Shown: positions 1 to 12,915, counted from the whole stretch's first letter. The stretch is DNA of 63,192 nucleotides, filler included, from Nemertoderma westbladi (GCA_032718475.1; 3 parts of 3 records of this genome joined end to end with filler, not necessarily neighbours in it); one strand, 5' to 3'. The notes: generated by a model from the letters alone, not told the origin. Numbers and translations are program-made.

Positions 1-406
1 CTATCTGGACAGGGATATTCTCTTGGACTGTTCCACCGGGTACAGGCAGTGTAGTACTATGTAAAGGGAATTTAGAGTTAAGCTCTGGAAGTACAGGGGT
101 CTCTAACACAGAAGTGACTTTGGGAACGACAGGCCTAATTATCTCAGGCTCATCAACTATTGTAGAGAGTCTTTGGACCTTAATACTTTGGGCTGTAGGT
201 TCTATACTACTCAAGTCTGTGCTAGCTAGCTGTCTTCTAACAGCTGGGGGCAAATCAGGCAATTTGTGACGGTAAGATGTTTTTCTACGCCTACTTAGAT
301 GAGATCTATTTCCTCCGCCTTCAGGATCGGTGGTCTCGCCTTCCTCCGAGGATGTGTCGCTTGCGTCCTTCTGGGCTCCTCTCTGATGACTCCGAGGCGC
401 ACCCAT
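1..406 (-). CDS. Partial ORF running off the window edge (MGAPRSHQRG...PVQI), low complexity; probably a downstream part of the gag region of the left LTR element
   Basis: Hand translation: ATG at 406, no stop before position 1; same strand as ORF 1605-2654 and LTR 5489-6722; no domain recognised. Confidence 0.3.
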   Translation of the reverse strand, partial: MGAPRSHQRGAQKDASDTSSEEGETTDPEGGGNRSHLSRRRKTSYRHKLPDLPPAVRRQLASTDLSSIEPTAQSIKVQRLSTIVDEPEIIRPVVPKVTSVLETPVLPELNSKFPLHSTTLPVPGGTVQENIPVQI

Positions 407-1604
407 GAGGCGGACGCTGTCCCACCACCCTTGGGGCCAGTCCGACTCCGATCAGACTGGGCCGGAGGGTAGCCCGATGCTTCCCGGGTTCACTTTTCAA
501 TCCCCCGATCACACCGGCACAGCTCGTCGGTGTAGCCAGATGGTCGGCTACTGTCAACTTACTGTGGCCTGACTGTACATTGAGCCAACTCAGAGAGTCA
601 ACCGGCGGGTGGACCAGTCGATAGCGATCGAGCATCAAGGTCGCCCTTGAGCCAAACCGACGGTCTTGTCCCAAGCGGGCTTGCGCTACCCACATGGAAT
701 ATTGACCGTTTTCACCCGCCTCGCCGGCAGTATTGAGGGGAAGTCGGTTCCGCAAACAATACTGACTAGCTCGAAAGCTAGGAACAAGTAACCACTTACC
801 AGTCACTGTACACGTGTACTCAATAGATGATCACGAAATCAAGTACACAACGGTAAACACAAAATCTGACGCATACCACGCACACACAGTGGACATAATC
901 GGGGAAGACATAATCGGTGACAAAATCAGAGGGGACAAAATTGTATCGACTAATAAAAAGTCGAGAGTACTTTATTTTACCGACAGGGTAAAATAACTTT
1001 GTGTGCACAAAGTATGCTGGGGCGCAGTAAAATATGGTCCTACTAATAACCGGCGGCGACTGAACCAACCGGCAAGGTTTCCCACACTCACTCGCAGTGG
1101 CCATACATACACTCACGTATACCACGTACACACACAAACCACAGATTCCAGAGTATCATTCACTCGGACCACACTACAACACCAACTCCTCCTTGCAGCC
1201 GATATTCCGGGTGCCACCTCCATTCCAATAGTAGTACCAACAGAATCATCAGAACCTGTCCATTCCGATGCAACACCTCCATTCCAATAGTGCTACCCTG
1301 GGAAAAAACACGTTTTGGCAACCGATCGGAGACAGTAAAGAGTCTGGTCAACTCATACATACCACACATAGACCTACCACATAGACCACATAAACCACAA
1401 ATCACGCCATGCCACCACCCCTACTGTGTACAGGACTGGCAGTACGGCAACAGGCCGACTAGACGGTACCACGGCACCATGTTGATTCATGGTTCGTAAG
1501 ACACGAGGGCCTTCAGTAACTCCCTTGCACTATAAGCGCGATTTAACGTGCCCCCAGACCCTCACGAGTCCGCCGCCGCCTGTTAGGGACACCCTATAGA
1601 GACC

Positions 1605-2654
1605 TCACCTCCTTAGGCATCCCTGGCGCTTGGGAGTAGATCGACTCATCATCTGCATTTGATTAGCAGTAAACTGTTTATTTATACTGTCTTGCGTCTC
1701 TTGCAGATTTTCCAACTCCAGTTGGATAGTCTCCTCAGAAGCTCTCCGCTCTGCTTCTGCCACTGCTGCTTTTCTTTCGGCTTCTGCTTCTGCCGCCGCT
1801 GCTTTTCTTTCGGCTTCTGCTTCTGCCGCCGCTGCTTTTCTTTCGGCTTCTGCTTCTGCCGCCGCTGCTGCTGCCACCCTTCTTTTCTCTATCCATTCTT
1901 TCTTTACTTGTTCTTCTCGGACTCTAATGAGGCGGAGTTTTTCATCACATTCAGCTTGGTTTGCAGCTAACATTTCGGCATCGATTGAGTCCAACACAAG
2001 CTTGGTTCCTTCACTATTAGGGGAAAGTCCAGACAGCCGTCTCCTCAACTCTTCGTCTCCTAGGAATCGCTGATAGTCGGACAAATAAATGTCGATAGCG
2101 TCTCTAGTTCGCGGCTTCTCTGCTGATGTTAATTCGCTTTCCACTTCGCTTTCCACCTCGCTTTCCACTTCGCTTTCCACCTCACTTTCCACTTCGCCTT
2201 CCACCTCACTTTCCACTTCGCCTTCCACCTCACTTTCCACTTGAGAAGAAGTGGCGTCGGTTGATTCCCCACAGGCTGGCCGCCCATCATAAACCGTATC
2301 CGCCATCTTCGCTCCGCGTTCGGGCGTCCGCTCAACAGTATCCGAACTACTGGAGCTATCGGGCCGCTGAGAACTAGGTTCTTGGCTAGGAGGTTGCTGC
2401 TGTTTTATAGCTTCTTCTTGATCCCGCTTGACTTGGGCCCGAGTGCCTATGGCAGACCAACGGCGCTTCACTAACTTCGCAAATTGCGAAATCTTTTCTA
2501 CCAACCTAGGTTCTGTCACAACCACTGCAGGGGTTGCCCTTCTTACAGTATGAGGGGTTTCAGACCTCGGTCTGGGATTCTCTACACTTTGATCTGAGAA
2601 ACAGGCTGTTGTTTCTAGGAGACTATCTGACAGAGTTTGCCTTGTGTCAGCCAT
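1605..2654 (-). CDS. Gag-like N-terminal ORF of an LTR retrotransposon (coiled coil, EVES/EVEG and AAAEAEAERK repeats)
   Basis: 349 aa ORF downstream of and co-oriented with LTR 5489-6722; E/K/R-rich coiled coil like the gag start at 35135; no catalytic motif. Confidence 0.5.
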   Translation of the reverse strand: MADTRQTLSDSLLETTACFSDQSVENPRPRSETPHTVRRATPAVVVTEPRLVEKISQFAKLVKRRWSAIGTRAQVKRDQEEAIKQQQPPSQEPSSQRPDSSSSSDTVERTPERGAKMADTVYDGRPACGESTDATSSQVESEVEGEVESEVEGEVESEVESEVESEVESEVESELTSAEKPRTRDAIDIYLSDYQRFLGDEELRRRLSGLSPNSEGTKLVLDSIDAEMLAANQAECDEKLRLIRVREEQVKKEWIEKRRVAAAAAAEAEAERKAAAAEAEAERKAAAAEAEAERKAAVAEAERRASEETIQLELENLQETQDSINKQFTANQMQMMSRSTPKRQGCLRR

Positions 2655-2784
2655 GTTTGATTGTACAGTCGAATGCCTACTGCTATATTACAGTTAAAGC
2701 AAGTCTAGTAATTCAGTATCACTGTTAGCCTAGTAATTAATTACCGATACTGCTACTCAGTGTAGCGTGATATATATATAATAT

Positions 2785-3040
2785 ATTAGAATACCGGTAT
2801 GCTTATAATATATATATAAGTATTATTACAGACTAGATTTGTCACAGAGTACCGGTATATAATTTTAGCACAAATATATATAAATATATAATAGGCCTAT
2901 CGTGAATACCGGTATACAGCCTACACTTATAGTATATAAGTATAATTCTGGACTATAATTAATTACAGAGTACCGGTATGATTTCAGCTCAAATTTATAG
3001 AGATAAATATAATAAGCCTATGGTAAGTACCGGTATGTCA
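2785..3040. repeat. Degenerate ~60 bp tandem repeat centred on TACCGGTAT (5 units)
   Basis: ACCGGTAT recurs near 2793, 2851, 2907, 2972 and 3029 with similar AT-rich flanks. Confidence 0.55.
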
Positions 3041-4022
3041 ATTATTTTTAGAATAATTGAATTCCTGAATATTTTAGGGTTACTTAGTTACTTTAACTTA
3101 CTTTATTACCGTTATTTAAGCAGTAGTCCAACTGATAGTGAGACCTAGTTGTCGTATGGCAGGCCTACTATTTATAAATCGTTTGATTTGATTTATAATA
3201 TTTATATACCCGTTTAAATGGGTTTTTTGTCAATATTTGAAATAAATGTTATTATTTCTGGGGGGTCACTACACAGAAGCTGTGCGCTCTCAGTGAAGTG
3301 CTATTTATTGGACACTAAAACTGATAATTCTAATTTACCTAAGTTACTTAATACTACAAATTACTTACGATACGGGTGAGATTAATTCTCTAATTAAACA
3401 CAACAAAATATTACGTACGAAATTTTTAGGGTAATTTTACAGGAAGTCTACAAACCAGTCCAACAAAGGGTTAGATTTCTGGTTATTACAAAGGACAGGG
3501 TACTACGGTATTTAAATAATAAGTAGTAGTAAATATATTGTACTGTCCAGATAGGAAAATACCACCGCCTGACGACCTATAACCGTATCGCTATAGGTTC
3601 TACGTTATGTATCACGGATTGTTCCTACCCAGAAGCTAATAGAGCTAACGAATGTGCCTATCAACCACTTTACAACACAAATATACTGCCTACACTAATT
3701 ACTTCGGAAAGCACTGTACACTAAACCCTAAATTAGGTACAAGTACCGGTATAACAAATAATCAGTAGTTAAATATACTTGAACAGTTAAAAGAACCACG
3801 GCATCTGCTGGAGTGACCGAAGCACAAAGTCGTCAGTCTTTACCTACGCCAAGCAGCCCTGTGTAGTACCGGAGTTAATTTAACTATAACGGTATGTGTA
3901 ACAAACACAATTACTGTAGGAATAAACTTGGGGACATGAATGTTGCGAATAATCGCATAAACTCTGAATAATAAATATTACGCTACCCGTACAGAATACT
4001 CAAACAAAATACAAACCAAACG

Positions 4023-4537
4023 CTGGCAGACTACTATCAAGCCTAAACAAACTACAGTATGTGCAGATTCTGAAACTGTTAGTTAGTATGCGTTCTAACA
4101 CGGTAGTACGACTTACTCTTTAAGAGGGGATTGACCTTACCGCTTATGGCTGCCCCAACTTACTAACGGCACTTGATCAGACCAACTCTACACACGCAGC
4201 AATCCCTTCAGACCTAAAAATAGCTAGACAACAATCCAGCCTACAAATATTTGAGTAATAACTATTACGGTACCTGAACAGACCACACAAACAAACACAG
4301 GCTAAAACACTGGCAGACTACGATCAAGCCTAAATAAACTACAGTATATGCAGACTCTGAAACTGTTAGTTAGTATGCGTTCTAACACGGTAGTACGACT
4401 TATTCTTTAAGAGGGGATTGACCTTCAGCATATGGCTGCCCCAACTTACTAACGGCACTTTATCAGACAAACTCTACACACGCCGTAATCTCTCCAAACT
4501 CAACAACAGTCAGACAGCAGCTCAGCCTACAACTATC
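4023..4537. repeat. Direct duplication of ~230 bp (period 287) in the leader of the left LTR element
   Basis: ctggcagactac.atcaagcctaaa...cagcctacaa at 4023-4250 and 4310-4537. Confidence 0.85.
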
Positions 4538-4742
4538 TGAACAATCTGAGCAGGGTCACACGCCTTCTGCTCAATATTAACTTACTAGGAAATAAAACCG
4601 ACAGAAATAGGTAAAATCTCAATAAAAATTCAGGGCTGCAGTCCCTGATTAAGTACTAAGACCTACCAGTATACAATAATCAAAATCGAATAATACTAAA
4701 TGTACTTGTACAGCAGTACCGGTACCGGTGATGACAGTTAGG

Positions 4743-5304
4743 CCCGTATGCTAAGTGATTTTTTTGTGCGCCGAACACGACGCGGCGCAGAAAAAAATGT
4801 GCGCCTGCGCAGTCGAAAACAGTGCAAAATCCGCGTGCGCAGCAGAAAAACTGCGCGAGATTGGCGCGCGCAGCAGAAATTCTGCGCGAGATTGGCGCGC
4901 ACAGCAGAAATACTGCGCGAAATCTCCTACCACGTACCTGCCTGCCTACTGCTGTACTGGCCTAAAGCACACCAAGCAGCCAAGTAGCAAGTAGGAGGCT
5001 TATTATTTCAGTATTTCTTTCAGTCTTATCTGTATTGTCATTACCCTGTTACCGGTAGTCAGCAGACTGCCAGGGGTAGTGGGTAGGTCTACTTACCGGT
5101 ACTGACTTAGTGCTGTAGTGCAAGTCTGAGCCGTGCTATCAATTTTCTGCGCCTGCGCCTGTCAGCCTGTCGCGCCGCGCTCTAAATTTTCTGCGCCTGC
5201 GCGCGGCGCGGCGCTGCGCTCTCAATTTTCTGCGCCTGCTCCAAATTATGGAAAAAATTGTGCGCCGAACGCGTTCGGCGTACATGCCCTACTTAGCAGA
5301 ATGG
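4743..5304. mobile_element. Non-autonomous DNA transposon (MITE) with 8 bp TSD, hAT/P-like
   Basis: TSD cagttagg at 4735-4742 and 5305-5312; imperfect TIR cccgtatgctaagt / acttagcagaatgg; GC-rich GCGCAG(C)AGAAA subterminal repeats in opposite orientation on each arm. Confidence 0.8.
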
Positions 5305-5488
5305 CAGTTAGGCCTACTGACCTACAAAGTACCGGTTCAGTTTTACCAGTCACTACGGTATTTTGCAACCCTATTGCCTACTGCAATAAGATTATAAACT
5401 GTTACTGTTCGACAGAACAGTATTAAACTGTATTTAATGCCTACACTTGCAACCTTATTGCCTACTGCAATAAGATTATAACTGTTAC

Positions 5489-6722
5489 TGTTCGCGCTTT
5501 TGAAGACCTTTAGCAGTTTAACCTGCCAAAATTTATATGTCTTTTAGTTAATTAACACACCTTTAGCATACGACAATATTTTATGCTAATACGCAAAACA
5601 TTAGCCGAAGCCAGCCCATGCGCGATCATTCACCCGATGGATCTACACCCGGGAGGCTGAATTCGGATGCTTAGATTTTATTATTGCAGTGTAAGGTTGC
5701 AGTGTAAACCTATTGTATTATTCGATAGATCACTAATATGTAATTTCTGACAGATATTATTAACTTTCGGGAAATATTAACAGTTCCTTTAGGACGTGGC
5801 GCTCTATCTATTTAAACAGAGCTAGGACTTATACTAAACGCAACGATAAGGCTTATGATTAAAGTATAAGTCGCATTCTTTAGGAAATGCTTTGTTACCA
5901 GTCACATCACACTCACAATCATGCACACTATTCTGCCGACCGTCAGAATACTTGATCACACATAAAGAGAACAGCAATTGACTCAGGTAGTGTCTACTAA
6001 ATAACATTAGATTCAATACACACCACATTGATATAAATCGCAATTGTTATATATAGCCCGCCTCTCTAACCTGTAGTGTATCAAGAAAATTGGGAATTTT
6101 GGGTGATTTATCCGTATTCTCCAAAGAGCAATATTTCCATCAACAAATAGATACAATTAATAACTGACGGTAAATAGCAGTACAAACAATATGATTAGTG
6201 CAGTTAAATTAAGTGAGGTAACACCGCCGGTAACAGTTATACTTTCTATAATCTAAGCAGTTTACTAGAGTTCTTCCCAAAAAGCCGGTGTTTCTGGCTT
6301 AGACAGCAATAACAACAAAGTATCAAGTAAAAACAGTAAGACTGAACACTCTCCTTATGATCGGCCGAAAAGCTACACGTCGACAGGAAAAATCACTCTG
6401 ATTGGCTCAAGCCAAACAAAGAACCATGCATCCAATGGCTGTTTCCATGTCAGCAACCAGCTGTTAGATGTCGTAATATGAATCATCACGGCTAAGCTGT
6501 GAAAGGTAGTTGGTGCATTGCAGGTTTTTTGCCTTACCATGTCCGCCAAAACACGTATATAGCAGAATGACTTTTATGTCCGTTAAAACACCTGTAACGG
6601 TACCTTGCGGGCGAGGGGAATATATATACAGTTAGAGAACCTTTTTAGAGTATTCCAGCGCCTGGGGGGAAACTGGATTGCGAAGCAAAAGGGGCCAGTT
6701 ATATCCCACAGAAGCTTTTACA
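5489..6722 (-). mobile_element. Complete LTR (1234 bp, TGTAAAAGC...GCGCGAACA), 5' LTR of the element extending left
   Basis: TG...CA ends; both termini match LTR 55991-57232; flanks gttac/gcagt are not a TSD, so not a simple solo LTR. Confidence 0.85.
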
Positions 6723-6857
6723 GCAGTTAGAGCCCAGCATGGACTCCCGTAGAGGAGTACTGGAACTACTGCTGCTCTAAATAATTAAACCTCTAAATAA
6801 TTTTAGTAATAACATACTACAGTACTTACTATACACATGTCCTGGAATATAGTGTCG

Positions 6858-7910
6858 TTATTCAAGTACCTGGACCCCCCCCCCCTCCCAAATTTTTCTA
6901 CAAATCGTAATGAGATTGCATGAAATTTGAAACAGAGATACAGTAGTTTCACCTCCCTTCTCCTTGCTGGGTGAGCCAGAATTTTTATTTTTGCTTTCAA
7001 TCTTTATCTACAAGCGTTTGAAAAAGGTGTCCCCGGTGATATTTCACCAGTTACACTGTAGTTACTCATGAACCTTATCGTGATTTGTTGGTAGAAATAG
7101 AAAGCTACTGTAACCATGCAAGGATCCCAAAAATGTAAAAATATTTGAATTTGGTTGTGAAATACTGTAGCTGAGATATGAGCGTTCAAAAGTTTCATGG
7201 TTTTGCACCTGCGCGAGGCTGTTTTATTTTATTAAATAAAAACACTATATTCTAGAACATTTTGTTTATGAATGAATAGCTCCAAATAACAATAATACAA
7301 TAATATGAATTTATATTATCATTAATTGAGCGTTTAAAACTATAGTTCACCAATGTAATCATCGATAAATGACAATAAGTAAACCGGATTATACAATATT
7401 AAATAATAGTCTTGCCCATTCCCCCCGAAGAACGAAAACAATAAATAGCTTCATAATAATATGTTTAAAGAAGCATTGCATTGTTGCCCAGCTACGTATG
7501 GGATAAACAAAACGTTCCAGAATATGATGTATTTATTTTATTAAATAGAATAAATGACATGCGGGGGAAGCAAATACATGCAACTTTCGAATGCCCATAT
7601 CTCGGCTATTTCTCTACCAAATTCAAATGTTTTTATTTTTACACTTCTGGAATCCTTGCACGACCAGCTTTCTACTGGTACCAACAAATCGCGATAAGAT
7701 TCAAGAATAACTGCAGTGTAACTGGTGAAATATCACGGGAGACACCTTTTTCAAACGCTTGTAGCTAAAGATTGAAAGCAAAAATAAAAATTCTGGCTCA
7801 CCCAGGAAGGAGGAGGGAGGTGAAACTATCTTTGTTTCAAATTTCATGCAATCCTCACTACGATTTGTAGAAAAATTTGGGGGGGGGGGGGGGTACAGGT
7901 AGTTGAATAA
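6858..7910. mobile_element. Foldback/MITE element with ~400 bp inverted arms
   Basis: 6858-7265 is the imperfect reverse complement of 7510-7910 (ttattcaagtacctg... / ...caggtagttgaataa). Confidence 0.85.
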
Positions 7911-8979
7911 TACTAAAAATATAACTAAAAATATTAAGGGAAAAGAGCAGGTACAGTAGCGGTGTTTTCTAACGAAAATAATAAAGTATACATTATTTCT
8001 TATTTCACTTGCGGTCCGAACATACCATTTTCACTTGCGGTCAATGTGCGTCACTATCTGACTATTACTGTATTAACCAAAGGAACGATACAAGAATTCA
8101 CTGAAAAGCTGCATATCTGCTGGACTACCCCAACCCCAAACATTTAAATAAGGGTTTTTATTTTACAAAGGAACTATACATTTTATTTGCCGATTAACAT
8201 TATTTACATACATACTTACGAACCCTTATTTAAATACGGGTGTGTTTGTTTACATCTTTGTAGATCTGTTACTGATAACAACAGTTGTGGTATAACCGTA
8301 CAATAGTGCCAGAATTTAAACCAAGCCTTACTAAAGCACAGTAATAATAAGCTGAATGCATGCAGTTCATGGGATTATAGTTAGTTATACACAACCCGCC
8401 ATATGGTGTCAGTGCTATATTATAAGCAATGGGTTCTCACCAACAAATTGTACGGACTTGCAATATTGCTGCTACAGCACTAGTAATTCACTGCTGTTTA
8501 TTACAATGTATTCATTCATTTAAATCCAGATAGGGAGGGAAACTGGGAAGCAATGAAAATTCATCCCTCTCCAGGGGAATTTCGACGCAAATAATAGATG
8601 ATTACTCTCAAAAATAAAACTGGAACCTGTTCTATTGTGTTTAGTTTAATGTTTTGGTTAAAATAACATGCCACTGTAACCTGCTCCTTTCCCTAAATTG
8701 AGAATTTTGCGTTTTGCGTCCAGTCCCCCCCCCCCCCCCCCCTGTCTCTTTAAATATGTTGTACTGTACAGTATGTAGGCCCTACTCGACATTTTATAGA
8801 TTACTTATTTTTATGATTACGGATTAATTAATTTATATAAGTTATTAATTAACTAACAACAATATTACACAATGCCCTGGATTATAGTGTCGCGATTCAG
8901 TGACATGCGTCAACCCGTAAATTTAACTACAAATCTTTACCGTGAAATGGATGCATGGAATTTGAAACAATCCTTAGTG

Positions 8980-9225
8980 GGTCAGCCAGAAATTTTATAG
9001 CTAAAAATAATTTATTCTTTTTGCTAAAATATTCTTTAAAAATGTCTCCGTCTAGATTTCACCAGCATCACCGCAGTTATTCTTTAGCTTTATAGTGATT
9101 TTGTTGGTACTGATGGAAAGCTGGCCATCAAGGATTCCAAAAATGTAACACAATCTTAATTTTGTTGAAAAAATAGCAGGGATATTGGCGTTCAAAATTT
9201 TCATGGTGTTACACATGCGCATAGG
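8980..9225 (+). mobile_element. Diverged fragment of the same foldback family
   Basis: agccagaaatttt...atttcaccag...caaggattccaaaaatgtaa...gcgttcaaaattttcatgg matches 6975-7215. Confidence 0.6.
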
Positions 9226-9332
9226 TACAATAGTCCTACAGTAAGTTATTAGTTTATTAATTATTTACTATTTATACTGTAATTACGTTTTATAATAAAT
9301 TGTTATGTACATTACATCCTTATCGTTGAGTC

Positions 9333-9478
9333 GGACATCGCCACGCTCTCGGTAAAGTTGTACATGTACATAGTGTAATTACGTTTATATTGGTTTTAGG
9401 TTAGCGTAGTGTAATATTGTATTTGTAACCAAGTAACATAAAATAAATAAGCTGCAAAGCTTTAGGGGTAATCCTATA
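9333..9478. repeat. Short dispersed repeat; inverted second copy at 20796-20960
   Basis: ...aagctgcaaagctttaggggtaatcctata is the reverse complement of tataggattacccctaaagctttgcagctt at 20796. Confidence 0.8.
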
Positions 9479-11043
9479 CTGTATAAAACTATCTATTGGA
9501 TATAAACAACTACGTAATAATAATATTACAGTATATAGACATTGCATTATATAGGTATGGCTACTTACTGTATAATATCAATTATCTTATCATTAAAATT
9601 TGTAGAATAATGAGCATGAGGGGGATGGGGGTCGTGTCACTGAATTACTATACTGTACTATCCTATATTCCAGGGTATTGAGTAATAAATGCAATAATAA
9701 ATTTATTAATTATAACGAACCTGTCTTTAGACTGGGTAGTTTTTGTCTAAAGCTGAGGCCGGCAAAAACACGATGGATATATTTACCTATATATGTCACT
9801 ATATCACTCACTATGTATGTTCACCAAATGGCTTGAAACCACTTGCATGCATTGTAAAATTGTAAACGCAAGTATTTATCAATTGTTGTCTAGTTGTTGA
9901 ATAAAAAAGTTGGGAACGATTCGAAGTGCGATATTCGAAATATTTGCATATTTTCAACATTATTGAACGCGAAATTAAATACCCACAACTCCCTTGCTTG
10001 AAATGTTTTTCAGGTGATTGATATTTAGCAATTATTATGAGGTTACTTACTACTGAAATCTGACAGAATGCCAAACGTATTATTATAGTTCTATCTCTAT
10101 TCAGCCAGTTAGTGTAATGTCAAGCAGTACATCATTTATATATCGTATGTATCTATAGGGCCTAATTGTCATCGTTATAATACTGTCATCAACTTAGGCT
10201 AAGCTCAATTGTAATGCAAAGGCTTAGTAGGTTTTGTATATCTGGGACGTTTACAACAGCTGTCGATTAAACTAACAAAACCATAAAACTGAACCAGGGT
10301 GGCTGCCAGCCGGGTACCAACGGCTGTTGGGTAGACTTAAGGGAACATTTCACAAACTTTCATAGGATGCTTGTACATGTACATTATATTGGTTGCTCCG
10401 ATGTTTTTATTAGGCTAACTGAGAATGTATCAGGTATAAATACTGTAATTATAGTGTTCTTTATTTTATTTATCTAATACAGAAAAGACCCCTCCGCAGA
10501 ATAAACTGCTCTTTTGGGCCGTTTCTCAGGTTGCGGATATGGATACCATTTCACACATCATCGTAGTAATTGTGATTATGATTTGTTTGCCTAGGCGAAT
10601 GTGTATTACATTAGATGGGAGGCAGTTTTTTGGTTGATGCAAGTCATTCTTGGTTTGCATCTTCCAATCCCATCAGTTTCTTGGAGTCCGTGTAAGACAG
10701 GTTCGTTTAAAGCCATCTTGATGGCGTTCTAGTTATTATTAAATTATATATTTTATGTTACAAATATAAGACAAACAATAATAATTTTCTTAAATGATTT
10801 TCAGAATATAAACTTGAAATATAATTGCGGGGCGAGCCGCCTAATTAAAGATTTATACTTGATCAGGTTAATCTCATCTGTGTAAAAATAGGCCGCAGTT
10901 AAAGGCCATTGAAATTAAAATTTATAGATTTTCTTTATTCGTATTGATATAGACTATCCTGTACATATATACATACTATAATTATCAAGCATATAATACA
11001 TATATATCTATTTAATTATTCGTTATAAAGGTGTAATATACTT

Positions 11044-12915
11044 ATGGATTATTATCGTGGCGACTTCTTGACTTCGAAAAAAGTCCTGATCTGCAGTGCT
11101 TTAGGAATCTCTGGAGTAGCACTTATATACCTACATAATAATCGAATATTTTCCAAAATGCCGCGAACTAAGCAAGAACTACAAGTTCAAGTTCCCAACA
11201 TTGAATTATCTGGGAAGAAACTGCGCCTCGCTGCGTGGCTAAATTCTGGAATATTTGGTCGAATTGTAAGACCTATAGCAAGACGGACCTACAATGTCAG
11301 CGCGCTATTGGACAAAGTTATAGATGACATTCCGACATTCTTCCCAATAGAGCCGTTCATTGGCAACATTGCTAATGTTGATAACGAGCCAACGGCCAAT
11401 GATATAAGTCGAGTGGTGGATTGTCTAGATAAACCTCGAGACTTGGGTTTCCCCTTGACAACAATTCAAGATTACTCCAATGCTTACCGAACAGGGAAAT
11501 ATACACCACTTCAGATAGCTAATTTAGTTTTAGATTATTTGTATAACGATTCCTTAAGTAATGAACCTGTTAATCCATTGTCACAATATAACAAAATATA
11601 TATTCTAGAGCAGGCAAAAGAGTCCACACTCCGATTCCAATATGGCCGCCCTCTATCGGTGTTTGATGGTATACCAGTGGCTGTAAAGGAAGAGTTTGAA
11701 GTAATGGGATATCTTCACCGTCAAGGTACTTCGTTTCTAGGCGGGTCTACCGTTTGCGAACAAGATAATCTAGTCGTGGGTAGGCTAAGGAAAGCAGGAG
11801 CCATAATCCTGGGAACCTCTTGTATGCACGAGCTGGGAATAGGAACTAGCGGGTGCAACCCTAAGCAACTGGCACGCAACCCTTACCGGTCGGGTACGGG
11901 TAGCCGGCACTACACAGGGGGCTCCTCGTCTGGGTCAGCCGCCGCCGTCGCCTGGGGTCTGTGTCCGGTCGCCGTCGGGTCGGACGGGGGCGGCTCCATC
12001 CGGATACCCGCCAGTATGTGCGGCGTCGTCGGACTCAAGCCTAGCTTCGGGCGAGTCAGTCTGGGGCCCCGGAATCTCGCGTTTACGGTGGGTAGCGCTG
12101 GCTTTCTCGCCGCTACCGTGCGGGACGCTGCACTGTCGTTCTGGCTGTGCGCCGGTCCAGACCCCGCATACCACCCGGGGAGAGTTCAACCAGCTGTTAC
12201 TCCCTCCTTACAGGTGATTTCAGTTCCTAATCATTTAGAGAATTTTACTATAGCCATAGATAAGCAATACATAACGAGAGGTGTAGACCCTGAAATAACA
12301 AAGGCTATTCTCGATGTTGCCAAATATCTTGAAGTGAATTTCAAAGCTAAAATAGTTGAAATTACAATACCGGATTTAGAAGAGTCACGAATAGCACAAA
12401 TATTCTGTATTGGCTGCGAAATGGCCTCCAGTTTCTCAACATTCTCGTCGCGCCAGGTCCGCTTACTAAACCCAGAAACGCAAATGAGTATCTCTTTCGT
12501 AGACGGGACCAGCACCCAGGAGTATATGCAAGCGTGCCGTCAGCGGACACTCACGATGGGTTGGCTCCGGCGTTTATTCAAGGAGGACGGAGTCCATTGT
12601 ATCCTAATGCCCGGAACTGCCTGCACGGCTACCGCCATACAACGGCGTCACTCAACCTGTGGGTTCTCCAGTCTCGCCACTCTCAGCCAAACAATGAGGT
12701 TCGCCTTTTTAGCCAATCTAACTGGTTGTCCCGCAATAACCGTGCCTGTAGCCTATGGGGAGGAATCTGGTCTACCCATAGCCGCACAGCTGATGGGACC
12801 CTGGTGGGAGGAGAATAACCTCCTCCTATTGGCCTCCGCCATCGAACCATTCCTAGAAAGGAGACGACCTTACGACTTCTGTGATGATCTTGGTGGAGTT
12901 GCTAAACAGCGATGA
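11044..12915 (+). CDS. Amidase-signature family protein, fatty acid amide hydrolase-like (623 aa, single exon)
   Basis: DGIPVAVKEE (catalytic Lys), GGSSSGSAAAVA, GSDGGGSIRIPASMCGVVGLKPSFGR, ANLTGCPAITVP; N-terminal hydrophobic segment. Confidence 0.93.
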   Translation: MDYYRGDFLTSKKVLICSALGISGVALIYLHNNRIFSKMPRTKQELQVQVPNIELSGKKLRLAAWLNSGIFGRIVRPIARRTYNVSALLDKVIDDIPTFFPIEPFIGNIANVDNEPTANDISRVVDCLDKPRDLGFPLTTIQDYSNAYRTGKYTPLQIANLVLDYLYNDSLSNEPVNPLSQYNKIYILEQAKESTLRFQYGRPLSVFDGIPVAVKEEFEVMGYLHRQGTSFLGGSTVCEQDNLVVGRLRKAGAIILGTSCMHELGIGTSGCNPKQLARNPYRSGTGSRHYTGGSSSGSAAAVAWGLCPVAVGSDGGGSIRIPASMCGVVGLKPSFGRVSLGPRNLAFTVGSAGFLAATVRDAALSFWLCAGPDPAYHPGRVQPAVTPSLQVISVPNHLENFTIAIDKQYITRGVDPEITKAILDVAKYLEVNFKAKIVEITIPDLEESRIAQIFCIGCEMASSFSTFSSRQVRLLNPETQMSISFVDGTSTQEYMQACRQRTLTMGWLRRLFKEDGVHCILMPGTACTATAIQRRHSTCGFSSLATLSQTMRFAFLANLTGCPAITVPVAYGEESGLPIAAQLMGPWWEENNLLLLASAIEPFLERRRPYDFCDDLGGVAKQR

